A DNA stretch of 64,000 nucleotides from Anthoceros angustus (taxonomy: Eukaryota > Plantae > Anthocerotophyta). This document shows positions 50,421 to 64,000 of this stretch, piece after piece; the stretch's first letter is position 1, and each line of letters opens with the position of its first letter. The translations under genes were made by a program, and so were the position numbers. The notes under the pieces are model-generated. The model saw nothing but the letters and a program-made list of their open reading frames with translations, did not search any database and had not been told where the DNA came from. The stretch covers positions 1,550,001 through 1,614,000 of the forward strand of contig MU008168.1 of assembly GCA_010909165.1 (NCBI GenBank), read 5' to 3'.

Positions 50421-50619
50421 GTTGAACAGACTCTCAATGTAGCATAAGGAGATCCACAGCCCCGAAGACTCAGGATTACGGAAGTGGCCGGATCCGAGGA
50501 TCCCAAGTGACGGGATTGACCACATGTTGCGAAGGTTGCATGGGGTGAGTCTCAGAGTGCTGAGGACAGCACTATTCGGAGGGCGGGTGGAGAGCTCATG
50601 TACATACATAAAGTCGCGG

Positions 50620-50950
50620 CCTCGTCTGGGGCCTCGACGCGCTCGCTTGATTTTTTTTCGGGGACTAGGGGGTAGATTCTAGAGAGAGAATTGACCAATT
50701 GGTCATTGTTTTGTTGAATAGGGTAAAATTTATTACAATAGAGTAGAAAACATGCTATGTAGGGTGAAAATACCTCACTATCAATGTTGAAAGCAGGGCA
50801 ACAGGGTAGAAAAAATGGACCATCACGTGAATATCAGGTACATCTAAACAGAAGCTCATTCTAGAAATCCCACCAAAATCGCTAATCTGGCAAAAACATA
50901 TTTTGATAAGTAATATTCATGCGGATCCAGGATATACAAAAAATCAACAA
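50620..50950 (+). repeat. Dispersed repeat, second copy at 63690-64000
   Basis: Both share GGGCCTCGACGC..AAGCTCATTCTAGAAATCCCACCAAAATCGCTAATC..TAATATTCATGCGGATCC.GGATATACAAAAA. Confidence 0.85.
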
Positions 50951-51529
50951 AGAAATTTTTTCTTTGTGGAGTTTCCTGTATATCCAGAATGGCATGAAAT
51001 ACAAATTAAAATAATGTAGAGTAAATACCAAAATAGAATGATCCCCGGTTCTGGAACACTGAAACCTACATAAAAAACGTAAATTAGGCATATAACTAGG
51101 GGCACACTGAAAAGATTCGGTAATAAACCACAAATACTTAAGCAAAGATACTCACCTAAGTTTGGAAAATTGACTGTACAATTGTACAAATTGAAAATGT
51201 AATTTTCACGACCACTTGGTTTGATTGGCACAACTTGTCCAACATTATCATAGTTAGCCAGGAGTTGATGAAGCAGAGGGCTTCAAAGAAATTGTTCATC
51301 TTCCTGTAAAGTCACAACCTAATAAAACACAAACATTAGTTTTCACTCTGCTAAATGTAATAAAGGGAAGATAAGATCACTTACTGATCTCAGCGGGTTT
51401 TCGTGGGAGGCAATGGACACCCCTGGAGGCCCATTATCAATCTTTTGCTTCTGTTGCCTTTCCCACTGCAATCTTTGTGTGGGAGGCAGATCCCGGGGCT
51501 TTCGAGATTCACCCTCTAGTGGCCACACT

Positions 51530-54500
51530 TATCCCACTATCGCTAAGTACATTAGGTTTTGTCCCATGAGACTCTTGTTTGTCAGGTCACCAGCATCCAA
51601 GGCACAAACCACACACCTCTTCACACCCCCAAGCTCCCTCACCGAGTGGAGCAACTTCAACTCACTCCATGAGCCAGCCCACTCACCATGCTCGCCTCCA
51701 CCTGCACCTACAACGACACCCTACAACTATAGGTCCACACCCCACGGTGAGGTCGAGCCACGCACGGGACCCCCTACGTTGCAACGCGACTTCACCACCC
51801 CGTGATCGCCCACTATTCCTTTCCCATTGCCTTCCCACAATTGGCACATCCTCATCTACGTGCAGCGCCTCCGTCGCTCCGTCGAATCACTGCCTCAGGA
51901 CCTACAACCAACAACAAACAATTGTAGGGCCTACCTCCTACCACTTGTAGGAGAGTTGTAGGAGATCCGCGCCGGTGGCCAAAGACACCTCATTCCTACG
52001 TGGGAGGAGACACCTATCCCAACGCGCACAGAGGCGCATCCTACCACCGGTAGGGTCGCACCTGGCGGCGCAGCATAGGTTACCTCGCCCTAGTTCAAGG
52101 CCTCTCCAACTTCCAGGCCCTGGCGCTCCAACTACAACCTCGCGCGCCCACAAAACTCCACACTGGCAGCAGCCACGATACCTTCGCACTGCTCCGTCAG
52201 ATCTCCGCTCCTGGACCTACAACGAGTGCTTGTGAAGCACTCAGCCGTGTAGATTTGAAGGGGGCTAGGGGACTAGCAGCCTCTTTATGGGCGTGTCAAG
52301 AGGAAGTCCGGGCAAATAAGGCCCAAGAAATGACGGAAAGGAGAGCAGGGACCAAATGGCAATTGGAGGCCATGGAGTCCGATGAGAAGGCAGCCAAGCT
52401 GGAGAAGGCTGTGGAGAAGCTCCAGCGACCTTGTGGATCAACGGAGCGGAGAAGGTCCTGGAGGGGAGGTTGTCACAAACCGAGGAGAGAGCCATTCGAG
52501 CAACAACCCAACGGGATGTGGAGGCGTATATGAAGAGCATTTTGCCCAATTAGAGCAAGAGAAAGGGCAAAATAGAGGCCCTAGGAAGGAGAAGGTAGCG
52601 TCCAACAAATGGACGCAAGAACAGTGTGATGGCTACCCAAGCCATCAAGATCCGGACATGGAAGAGGAATTGCGAAGGACCCGGTTCAATTTGGAAGAGA
52701 AGCGCCAGGGGGCTCAAGATCAAGAAAAGAGCTAGAGCGCGAGGAAGTGGCAAGTGGAGAAGGAGAGACTTGCCAAGCAAGTGGTTGAGCTGGAACAAAG
52801 GAGGTTCCAAGAAGAGGAGTACCACAAGAAAGTGGTACACAGGATGCTGGTGGTGAGGAAGAGGAGATTTTGGGCAGATTATGCCCTTCAAGCAAAGATG
52901 GCCAACCAGCTGAAGGGAGCAAGGGAGGAGAATGTGACCCTCCATGTCAAGGTGGGAGAATTGACCACTCAAGGGACGCCTACAAGGGTAGGTGTGAGGA
53001 TGGAGAGTGGCCCACGGAGATTGATGATCTCCAGATGCAGTATCATAGCTTAGGGGCTCACCTCCATAATAGGATTTTGAAGGCCAACAATGAGGTGTTA
53101 CGGTTGGCCAAGAGGAGGACATTGGGTCCTCATGATGATGACAGAAGGAGTTGCAACAAGTGAACCTGAGGCCTCCGATTTTGATGAGGCTAAATGACAT
53201 GGACTCCGAGGAACTGGAGGGCAAGGAGGAAGAGGAGGAGGAAGAGGAGGAAGATGGCGCGGAGGAGTAAGGAGACAGCCCGCCTCACAAGGGGTCACCC
53301 TACCACGGTAGGTGACCAGCCTACCACGGTAGTGCGGACTACCGTGGTAGACAACTCAACCTACGCCGGTAGTGGGACTACAGGTAGGGCAACAGCGGGG
53401 CTGTCGAGGCGCTGGTGAAGGAAGGAGCCGGGGCCTAGTGACACCCCCGCAGAATAGAAGAGGAGGTGGGGAGACAACCCCACCGGAGGAGACAGGACGG
53501 ATCCGACCAAGAAGAAGGAGGGTGAGAAGTTCCCTCACCCCACGAGCGAGGGAAGGGCCCGAGAGAGAGGTCGATGCAAAAAGGGCCCGAGGATTAGTGA
53601 AATCCGACAATTGAGGAGGAAGAATCTTTGAGAATGCTCCATGATAGGTATGGACAAATCAAGAGGAAGGAGCACGGAAGATTCCAACCCAAGAGGCACA
53701 GATGGGGAGAGAAGAGAAGAGAAGATCGACTACCATGGTAGGTCGCCTACCCCGTAGTCCGCCACTACCGCGGTAGGGTGCTGATGAACGGGGCGCGACC
53801 AGGCGGCCGAGGCTGGAGAAAAGGGCGCCTAGGTGCGCGGAAGGGGGCGCGATTGCTGGAGGGTGACAGGAATTGGGGCGCCGCCCTGTAAAATTGAAGG
53901 AAGGGGCAGGATTGTACTTGCCCCACACATCAGGAAGACGACAGGATCTGGGGAAGGGACAGGAGCAAAAGGAGGGCGAGGGAGCCAATCCACAAGGGAC
54001 ACGTCGCCACCCCAGCGAGATAAGGACTGAGAATGGTCAATGACCATAAATGAGCTTTGGGGAATGGGAAGGATAAGTGGTGTAGACTGACATCCTTTAA
54101 GGATGATCTTAGGTGAAGTTACTAGAATAGAATTTACCACGGATCGATAATAGATTTAGGTGCCATTAAATGTCGTGTAGGAAATAATAGAAAATTGGAA
54201 AAGGTGACCGCAGAGGTCACCTAAGGGAGGTTGTATGTGGAAGGCCTCCTATAAGAGGAGGAGGATTTCACAAAGTAAAGTATCACGCCTTGCGCCCATC
54301 ATCGAGTCCTTTGCCCTTGTAAAGGAATTTCGCTACCGTGAGCCAACGCACCTGCAGAGAGGAAGTCGCGTGGTCGGAGTGCTTGGTGGAGGACTTGTCA
54401 AGTGCCTAAACGAGTTGCTCCCCTTGTGAATGGTTGCCGTGAAATTGCTTTGCTTTGGGTGTGTGGCAATGCCTGGAACTCGGCTTGAGGGTAGACTACA

Positions 54501-57500
54501 GGAAAGACTGAGGTTCTCACTGCGTGTCAAACTCATAGCAACCGCCCAAGGAAGAACTTGCTGGTGGAGGCCGACCAAAAAGGGGCCAGAAGGACAGAGA
54601 AGGCCACAAAGGCAGCCTAAGGGACGAATCCCAACCGCAAGTAAAAGAGCGCCTCCGAGTGGAGAAGAGTGGTCTTAGAAGTAGGGACGAAATTGCGGTG
54701 TGGATCGGTCCCCGGCGCCCGTGATAGGCCTCGCGCTAAGGTGAATTCGCATTGTGTTGTGTCGTTGTAGGTCGAGGATTGGTAGTTTTTCGAGCGCGCA
54801 TGCACTGTAAGAGGGTGAGTAGAGGGCGCCTTGCTCGCTTAGAAGGTGAAGTTGTGTCTCGCAGCGACGGTTATCGCACCCCTCGAACTTTCACACAAGT
54901 CTCATGGGACGAAACCCAACGCACGGTTGCTGGATAAGCGTGCTAGAGTGGAGGATCTCGAGCCCTGGGGTTTTCCCTACCACACTTGCTTCTTCCCTTG
55001 AGCTTCGCCTCGAGCTAGCTTTTCAAGGCCTAGAGCTCTATATCCCGTGGTCGGAGTGGGTAGCTATCCTGAGGTCGACATCATCCGTATTCCGCTGTAG
55101 GTTGTAGCAATTGCGGTGTGGGATGGATGCGGAGGTGGAGAAGAGAAGAGGAGGTGGGGAAACAGGCCCAGGAGGGGCGGACGGATCCGACCCGTTAAGA
55201 AGAAGGAGGGTGAGAAGTTCCCTCACGGCGAGGAAGGGCCGAGCCGGGAGAAGGCTGCGAGGGCCGGAGGATTAGTGGAAATCGGTGACAATTGAGGGAG
55301 GAAGAATCTTTGAGAATGCTCCATGATAGGTATGGACAAATCAAGCAGAGGAAAGGAGCACGGAAGATTCCAACCCAAGAGGCGTAGAGATGGGGAGAGA
55401 AGAAAATGAAGATCGACTACCATGGTAGGTGGTGACCTACCAGATAGTGCGGACTACCAGGAGGTCGATGCGGCGACGGGAGGCTGGAGAAAAGGCGCTA
55501 GGTGCGGAAGGGGCGAGACTTTGAGTGAGGAATTGGGCGCCGCCAAAATTGAAGGAAGAGGCAGGATTGTACACACACAGGCACAGGGATCCGGGAAGGG
55601 ACAGAGGGCAAAGGAGGCGAGAGCCAATCCACAAGGGACACGTCACGCCACCCAGTGAGATAAGGATTGATGGTCAATGACCATAAATGAGCTTGAGGGA
55701 ATGGGAAGATAAGGTGGTGTGGTGACATCCTTTAAGGATGATCTTAGGTGAAGTTACTAGAATAGAATTTACCAAGGATCGGACAATAGACTTAGGTGCC
55801 AGCATTAAATCTTTGGCGGTAGGAAATAATAGAAAATTGGAAGGTGACTGCGGTGGGTCACCTAAGGGAGGTTGTATGTGGGAGGCCTCCTATAAGAGGA
55901 GGAGGATTTCACAAGTAAAGTATCATCCGTCTTGCGCTTCCATACTCATGAGTCCTTTGCCCTTGTAAAGGAATTTCGTGCATTGTGAGCCAACGCGTGC
56001 AGTGAGGAAGTCGCGGTGGTGGTGCTTGGTGGAGGACTTGCTCGTGCAAGTGCCTAAACGAGTTGCTCCCTTGTGAATGGTTCTTTGAAATTGCTTTGCT
56101 TTGGGGTGTGTGGCAATGCCGAGACTCTCGGCTTGAGGTAGACTAGGGGAAAGACTCACTGGAGGTTCTATTGTGTGTCAAACTCATAGCCAGCCCAAGG
56201 AAGAACTTGCTGGTGGAGGCCGACCCAGGCGGTTGTGCCGTAAGGGACCCAGGGCATGTGAGCCGCGAGCCGAGAACTAAGGACGAATCCGTCACAAGTA
56301 AAAGAGCGCTCCCGAGGTGGAAGAGTGGTCTTAAGTAGGGACAAATGCGGTGTGGATCGAGGGGGTCCCTGGCGCCCGTGATGAGCTCCTCGCTAAGCGG
56401 GACACCAGGTGTTAATTGTGTCGTTGTAGGTCGATTGGTAGTTTTGAGCGGTGCAAGTAGTGCAGCAGTGGCGCAAGAAGAGGGTGAGTAGAGGCGCCTT
56501 GCTCGTTTAGAAAGGCTGAAGTTGTGTCTCCAGTAGCGATCGGTCATCGCAAGGCCTCGAACTTTCACACAAGTCTCATGGAATGAAACCCAACGTGCGA
56601 ACGGCCGGACATGGGATAAGCGGCGTGGCCGGGCTAGAGTGGGAGTGATCTCGAGAGCCCCGGGTTTTCCTACACCACACTTGCTTCTTCCCTGAGCCTT
56701 ACGCCTCGAGCTAGCTTTTCAAGGCCTAGAGCTCTATATCCCGGTCGGAGTGGGTAGCTATCGGAGGTTCGACATCATCCGTTGTAGGTTGTAGCAATTG
56801 CGGTGTGGGATGGATGCGGAGGTGGAAGGTGTGAGACAAGGATGGATGCCGAGGTGGAAGGTGTGAGACAAGGATGGATGCGGAGGTGGAGATGAATGGA
56901 GTGACACCTCACGACATTGTGATGACGATCCGCAAAGGTGCCGTGCCGAGCCTGCGATTGCGCAATGTGCGAGAGTTGAACAAGGCCGTTGTCGCCTGTT
57001 GTTGAAGGCGGGTGGAATTATATGTTGGCTTTCGTGCCAACCGCAAGCTCGCTTGTGAGTACGAAGCCTCAATACGTCCCGTGTGGATGCGGACCGCAGA
57101 TCGGACAGTCGGGCGGAGGTCCGACGGCCGGAGGGTTTGAGCTCCCAAGAGGATGGTGCAGCAGTGGCGGCGGCACAGTCACGCCATGGCCGGGCATGCA
57201 CGGAGATGGCCATCCGCTGGAAGGCGCTGCGGCTCGCGGTGCGCGGTGGCATCATTCGCGGGCGGGTGGGTGTGTCGCCGCTCGGTGAATCCGTGGAGGG
57301 AATGGCGGAACATGGACGCTATATGGACTCCTTGGAGTGGAGGAGAAATGCCTGGCCAGGATCGCAGCGGAAGGACAAGGCGGGCGTTTGTGGGCTCGGC
57401 GTGGTGAGAGGAGCTGCATCTGGCGTCTTCTTGGCCTTTGAATTGGGGTAGATTTCTGCAGCCTTCGGTGGTTGAGGAATTCAAGTTCTTAAGGGAAAGG

Positions 57501-60500
57501 TCCTTGGCCTTGCGGGAGAATGCTTGGCCTTTGGTGTGGAAAATCCCGCCCTCACCATATATGAAAGTGAGGGTTTAGCTCATTTGAGTTGTCGGGAGGC
57601 CAAGGGCAGGCACCAGGCGATGTCGGAGGGCGAGACGAAGATACATTTTTTCATATCGAGGAAGGTTTTGAGGAGGATAATGAGGGCAAGTGGTGGGAGA
57701 TGAAGGCCAGCGGCCACGGAGGAGTGCGCAAGGCGTCCAGCATGGAGGGAGCGAGCACATCGGAGGAGAAAGAAAAGCGAAGGAGAAATAGAAGGATGCC
57801 GAACAAGGAGGCGATTTTTGTGTTTTGAGAAGTCTCCTCTCAGACTTTGGGATTTTCGATGCTCTTGGCAAATGCTCATGGGTTCACGATGGGCATTGGG
57901 CCTATTCTAATGTAATTGGTTGAGTCTTGCTACGAATTTCAGGCAGCGGAGAAGCAGAGACACGGAGGAGAACATCATCAAGGATGGGTTCACACATTCG
58001 TAAGGTATATGGGAGGCGAGCGAGTGATGGTGTGGCTCCCAGAGAGGAATGAGATGGAAAAAGAGCGTTTTACCTTCGATAAGCTCTCGGCATGCTCATC
58101 GAATACGACGGAATCGGACGGATAAGATTGCGACCTCAAGTGGAAGCTTTTAGGATAGTTTTGGGGTGACCATGTCGTGAACCACCTACGCATTCTTTCA
58201 TTTCATGTGGAAGGCGAAAAGGAGCTCGGCTGGGGACAACCATCTTTGGCGCCTATGAGCATCAAGGACAAACAAGCAAACATTGGACAATGAGGCGAGC
58301 ACATAGCACCTTGCATGTGGGGGCACATGGGTTCTTGACGGAAGAAAGTGGAGGAGTCTTACGACCATTTGAAGTGGTCCCTCGAGGGGCAGGTCCCTCT
58401 CCTAAGAAGGTGAAGAAGGAGGAGGAACCCAAGGTGGAGCAAGGAGTGCTTCACCACGGTGGTGATCTTGGATGATGAGACCACCCGTCGCCAAGAGAAG
58501 AGGTGCACGTCCGAGGGGAGGCAGGTGGCACAAAGGAAGAGGTGGCGGTGCCACCATGTCTGAGGAGGCAACCCCATGGAGGCGGGGGTGGTGGAACTAA
58601 CCCACCCAGGAGATGGCCAGAGTCACGGAGTTCCAATCGGCAGTGGTGGAGGCAGAGAAGGATCAGTCGAGGAGAATGAGAAGACAAAGGCTTTGAAGGA
58701 TCTGACCATCTAATTGATACTCCATTAGTGAAGCAAGCCTTACAGTAGAGTTGGAGGTGAGGGCGCCGTCGGGGACGGTAGCAACCCTTGATCGAGGTGG
58801 GAGAAGGATAGCAAGGCTATCAAGGAGATGGCTAGCAAAGGCGCCTAGTTGACTGAGAAGGTTGGGGCTCGGATTGAAGCGTGAGGCAAGAAGTAGGGGC
58901 GAATGAAGTGGCTACCCTCAACGGAAGATTGAGAGGCGGGGTGTGGGAAGGAGTGGCATGACAACTCTCTCCAGTGAGAAGAGAGAATGGGGACTAAGGC
59001 ATCCGAGGCGCGAAGCCAAGAATGAAGGAGGAGGCCAAGCTCAAGGAGCTGGAGGAGGAGCCACTTGGAGCAAGGCGTGAGGCTCCAAAGCAAACAGAGG
59101 CGACCAGCGGTGGAAGGAAGAAGTACAGGAAAATGATGCATCGCATCTTGGTCGTCGAGCAAGCTTCGGTGATATGCATGAGGATCTTGGAGGCATGGAA
59201 GAGATGCATAATGTCACTCTGAGTTTGAGTGGTGGATGCTGCAGTAAGATAGCCTCGAGTGGCGAGGAATTTGATGAGATTTGCTTGAAGGGCCTTGAGG
59301 TCCACTTACATGCTAGGGTCAACAAGTTTGCCAAGGAGATGCCTTGTTGACAAGGAAGTTGTTGGGTCCCCACGATGACGACAGATTTTGGAGAATTGCG
59401 ACTCGACTTAGATTAGGACTTGGAGTGAAATGGATGCGAAGGCTCGATTGGGAGGAGCCAATGGAAGAGGAAGATTTCAATCTTGGTGGGGTCACTAAGC
59501 GGCATGCAACACCCAACCACTTGAAATTCCACGGCTCTGAGATGGCTACGAGGCGGTGCCTCTACAAGGCGCCACAAGAGGGGCGTTCACTTCATCTTAT
59601 CGCCCGACATGTGGAGGTTCTTTCACATGACGACCTGAAGAGATCGGATGGGCATCCCCACAAGAGGAGGAAAGGTGGTTGGGCGCACTCCACATAAAGA
59701 AATGCGAGATAGTTGGTAGGGGAGTGAATGGGTCATTAAGACCCCTAGGGGGTTAATTGTTAGGAGGTAGGTTAAGAACCTTTTGAGGCCACCTACTTAA
59801 CCTTAAACAACCCACCTACCCACCAGACTTAATTAATCTTTGGGAGCTCCTATAAGGGAGGAGCTCCCATAATAAAATGTCATGCCTTGCTCTCCGACTG
59901 TGCTTGTCTTGCTACAAGCGTGCGTGCAGGTGATGCATGGCAGTAGGGTCTTGAGGTGCAGTGACCGGTGACCAAACCTTTCTTCTGGAGGTAGCAGTGG
60001 GTGGCGTTCACTGAACCATTGTGGTTGCGATGGCTCTGCAGGCTAAGGAAGACCCCTAGCATCGGCCGGGGCGTCACATCTGTCGCCTGAGTCCGTGAGG
60101 TGCCCTATATGATCAGGCGATTCTTTGGAGGCCGGGAGGCGCCAGGCGATGTTAGCTAGGAAGGTGGAAGGATGAGAGGAGAGGAGAGAGAGGTGTGAGA
60201 CAAGAGATGGAGAGGCGAGGGGCGAGAGAGGATGAGAGAGGGCCTAGAGGATGAGCAAGAGGTGAGAAGGAAGGAGCAAGAGAGAAAGAAAAGACAAAAG
60301 AGAGAGGAGGAAGCGGGGGAAGGTGGGGTGAATGCTGACAAAAGAGCTTGAGGCGGCCCAAATTTACCAGAAGGGTCGGGGATGTAGGGCTCGCTGGTGG
60401 GAGGATTGCCCACCACCGGTTTTGAGCTCCCAAGTAGCGGCATGCGGGCTTGCATCTCGCGGCGTGGGCAGCGCCGGTAGCCATCCGCGACGGTGGTGCG

Positions 60501-61150
60501 CTCCGGACCCCGCGGCTCTCCCGGGTGACTTGCGGCTCCATCATGTCGGGCGTGTGGGTGGACGCCAAAGCGCGCTCCCTCAAGGGTGGCGGTGAATCGG
60601 AGTCGGTGGGAGTAGCGGTGTGGAGAACATGGACAAACTGTGTGCCGTCTTGACTCGCGCTTTGGAGGTGGAGTGAGACAACGGTGCCATGGGCGTGCTT
60701 GTTCGCGCTTTGTTTCGATATAAGTGCAGTGTTTGTGGGCGTGCTCGTGCCTCATGAGGATGTCGCGGTCGCAATCTGGCGTCTTGTCAAGCGGGCGATT
60801 GGAGCTATATGATTCTGCGCAAGCCTAGTGCGAGGATTCCAAGTTCTTAAATGCAAGGGACACTTCAACATGCGAGACCGCGTGCGTGGCCATAGGGGTG
60901 ATTCGGACGCCCGCCCATGTTTGAAGTGCGGTGTGGGAGCTAGATTTTGCGAGCATGTCACGGACGTGATGGCCACCATGCCTTCCATCTTCACAATTAC
61001 GCCCGCCGGGCCGTTCGGACGACCATATGTCTTTTCATATGAGAGTCGTGGCGGGACGGACAGTATATCTCATGCACGATAACGAGGGCAAGGTGGTGGG
61101 TGTCGATGCGACAAGCGCTGCGGTTTGAGGTGGCTTCCTCCTACCCGTAC
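51530..61150. mobile_element. Nested, heavily decayed retroelement-like region (coiled-coil accessory ORF relics, LTR-like segments)
   Basis: Related coiled-coil relics at ~52250-53250 and ~58800-59480 (KKVVHRMLVV / KMMHRILVV..LGPHDDDR). Related segments at ~57400-57700 and ~60770-61100. TATA-bearing LTR-like stretches at ~54080-54900 and ~59758-60078. Confidence 0.6.
53460..56830. repeat. ~1.7-kb tandem duplication (53460-55140 / 55150-56830)
   Basis: Colinear blocks, e.g. GAAGAATCTTTGAGAATGCTCCATGATAGG, TGACATCCTTTAAGGATGATCTTAGG and GTTGTAGCAATTGCGGTGTGGGATGGATGCGGAGG, occur in both. The copies differ mostly by small indels. Confidence 0.92.
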
Positions 61151-61449
61151 ACGCTTTGTGAGCACCATGTTTCTGCTGGATCCTTGGCTGGATTTCGTTG
61201 GAAACAAGGATAAATAATTAGAACAACGAACATGCCTAGTCATTAGCTTGTTTTCGGTTTGAGAGACTCCTCAACTGTTTGCATCCTTCAAATCTGCAAC
61301 ATTGGTCTATGCTTCAAAGCTTCATGACAATCGCCTTGTGTGGTTGGGCTAGCTACAATTAAATATTAAATTAAGCTTTCACTAAAGAGCATGACGTCGA
61401 ACATCATTTCTTTCCTTCGCGCATTTGCAAGCAACATCACCGAACGTTC

Positions 61450-63675
61450 ACGTTAACGTTAACGTTGGTGGTGATCATCGCAGATGAAATGAACGAAACA
61501 TTTTTTACATGATAAAAGGCATTCACTCCATGCTCCTCAAATTCCAAACATCGATCGTCACCGACCGGTTTGGAATCACGTGGTACCATGTCGCTTACCA
61601 TGTCTTTTGAAACCAACTTGCAAATCATCATCTTGATATGGCGATCGGCGAGCAACACAAGATGAGTTCCGAGCCCACTTTTTCCGATCGTGAGTGCAAG
61701 GGGCTTTGAAATATGCACAGGCGGTGGTAGATTCTATTGTCGTTGGAGCGGTGGAAGGATGAAGTGCATCGGTCAATGTGAGCATACTCGAGCTCGAGGC
61801 CAGTGCGGCAAAGTGGTGTCGGGATCAAAACATGGTTCTAGTGTTCGGAAGGCGGGGTGAATCACGAGATTCGGGAGGAAGGGCAAGCTCATAGGCCACG
61901 GGGCCAATGCAGCGGAGGATACGGTAAGGACCAACAAAGCGAAATCTTATCCCGGAAGGGATAAATTCGAGGCAGAAGACAAGACATAGGTACCAACAAA
62001 TTCTTGAGGGCAGCGATGATTGGCGATTGGGCTTGGTTTGGGTTCCATGGGCAAGACGAGCCTCTGCGAGGGACACGTTGGGTGAGAAAATCGACAAGCG
62101 GCGGGACACAAGCGGCAGGCAAGGGAAGCGAAAACGCGCGGGGTGAAAACCTTTGTTGAACAAGAATGGAGTAACTCGGGTTGAGGCGTTAGGGGCGTTG
62201 TTGTAGGCAAACTCACGAGGTGGAGAAAGTCCAGCCGAGTTTGGTGCACTGCATAAGCACGGAGTATATCCTCTAAAACTTGATTAGCTCGCTCCGTAGC
62301 ACCATCCGTCGAGGATAAAAGGCGATGAACATCGAGCTTGGTGCCAAGACCACAATGAACCGCTTGCGAGCGGGACGTAAACTGGAATCATGATCGCTCA
62401 CAAGAGGCGAGGGAGGCCATGGGCACGATAAACCACTTTCGAATAAGTCGGTTTGTTCGTGAGCATGTCTCGAGTGGAGGCAAGGAGCACTTGATGAGTA
62501 AGCTTATTCGTGAGACCGACCAGCGCATCAAAGCCGATGCGGCGAGGCAATCCGGTTATGAAGTCAAGTGTGACTTGAGACGGGGCAAGGGTTGGAGCGG
62601 GCCGGCAAGGCGTTGGTGACAAGCTTTGTTGCATTGGCATAAGTTGCAAAGGAGGACATAATCTCGGACGTCTGATTGAGTGAGGCCAAAAATAGAGCCG
62701 ATTGAGAGTGGTAGTAGTAAGATTTATGACATAGATGGAACATCGTGGGCTTGAAATCAAAGCCCGGCAAATATGGGGAACTTAAGGGATGTCATACCAT
62801 GTGACACTACTCTGCACTTGGGTTTAGTGTTTGATTAGCATTAATTAATCTAATGACTTGTCTTTAAGTAATTAGTATTAATTAATCTAAAGCGCTTACA
62901 TTAATTAAGTATTGATTAGTGTTAATGAAACATGGTTAGCAATAGCTAACGGGATGGCTTTCAAGGTCACTAAGCATAGGGCAATGCATGCAAGCCACCT
63001 CTTCATCCCACTTGGACAGTTTCAGGGATTGCTCCTATCTATAGCAATCCTTGCGATCTTCCTTTGATGTCCTCTCATAGATGACTGACCCCAATCTATT
63101 CTCTTTCTTTAATAAAAACCAATTATTTTTCTCCCATGTGCAGTTTGCATTCACATCCAATGTAGGATATCGTATGCTATGGTACGCTCTCGAGGCTTGT
63201 CCATCTCCTCCACACATAACTTACGTGTGTCAGCCCGAGATTTATCCCTTCGATCTGTAAGATTTCTGTTGGTCTACCATCCTCTTGACATTGGCCTTGT
63301 GCCCTATGAGCCACCTTCCTCCCAATCTTGCATTCACCCCTTCAGACAGAACATGTTTTGATCGCCACACCATTCACTTTGCGTTGAGCTCAGTATGCTC
63401 ATTGACGCAGTAGTCCTTCCATGCGACAATAGAATCTACCGCCATGAGGCATATTTCAAAGCCCTTGCACTCACGATCAAAAAGTCTCAATATCTTGCGT
63501 TGCTCTCGCCACTCAAGATGATGATTTTCAAGTTGGTTTAAAGACATGGTACGACATGGTACCACGTGATTCTTGCTACGATCTAGTTTGGAATGAGCAT
63601 GGAGGAATGCCAATCATGAAAAAAGTGTTCATTCTCATTTCTCATCGCGATGAGGAAACCAACGCGTTAACGCAC
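61450..63675. repeat. Diverged inverted repeat pair (61450-~61780 vs ~63380-63675)
   Basis: GAATCACGTGGTACCATGTCG..CCATGTCTTT..AAACCAACTTG.AAATCATCATCTTGA at ~61573-61636 is the reverse complement of ~63513-63572. The flanks also align with many indels. Confidence 0.75.
61825..62790 (-). mobile_element. Ty3/gypsy integrase C-terminal remnant
   Basis: VTLDFITGLPRRIGFDA, YRAHGLP and RFVGPYRILRCIGPVAYELALPP (GPY/F motif), all frameshifted. Confidence 0.88.
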
Positions 63676-64000
63676 TGAAAAGTCGCTGCCTGGGCCTCGA
63701 CGCCTGATTGATTTTTCGGTAGTGGAGGTGAATTTTAGAGAGGAAAATTGACCTTTTGGTCATTTTTACCCAATATAGTAAAATTCATTACAATATAGTA
63801 GAAAACATATGCCAAGTGGGATGAAAATGATCTACCATCAAGGTAGAAAATAGAGCACTAGAGTAGAAAACATGGCGACCAAGTGAATACCGGTGCATCT
63901 AGTAAGCTCATTCTAGAAATCCCACCAAAATCGCTAATCGACAAAACATTTTACATTAAATAATATTCATGCGGATCCGGGATATACAAAAACCAACAAA

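Overview
Nuclear DNA of a seed-free land plant with a compact genome. Short GT-AG introns, ~50% GC, a PLS-PPR with elongated L motifs and a retained COMMD gene suggest a hornwort such as Anthoceros, though this is inference only. The window has three zones. (1) 1-3.7 kb: a degraded minus-strand CRE/R2-like non-LTR retrotransposon whose 5' end carries a cluster of telomere-like AAACCCTAAA motifs. (2) 4.5-46.5 kb: a gene-dense core interrupted by small TE islands. It holds NOP16, a candidate SPIDR-like DNA-repair gene, tRNA-Lys(UUU), mitochondrial uL24, HCF106/TatB, the AHAS small subunit, a GGP-type glutamine amidotransferase, a PLS-E PPR, COMMD4, YAE1, an orphan ORF, ETFQO, a sucrose-phosphate phosphatase with a transit-peptide-like extension, ALG5, a P-class PPR and a Rho_N (RHON1-like) protein. 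(3) 46.9-64 kb: nested, decayed retroelements, including a second CRE-like 3' fragment and Ty3/gypsy gag and integrase relics, with large duplications. Several frameshifts and near-identical tandem duplications look like long-read assembly errors. No single clearly new system is demonstrable. The best leads are the telo-box-capped CRE-like element, the possibly plastid-targeted SPP, the SPIDR-like gene and the COMMD4/YAE1 head-to-head pair with only 66 bp between start codons.
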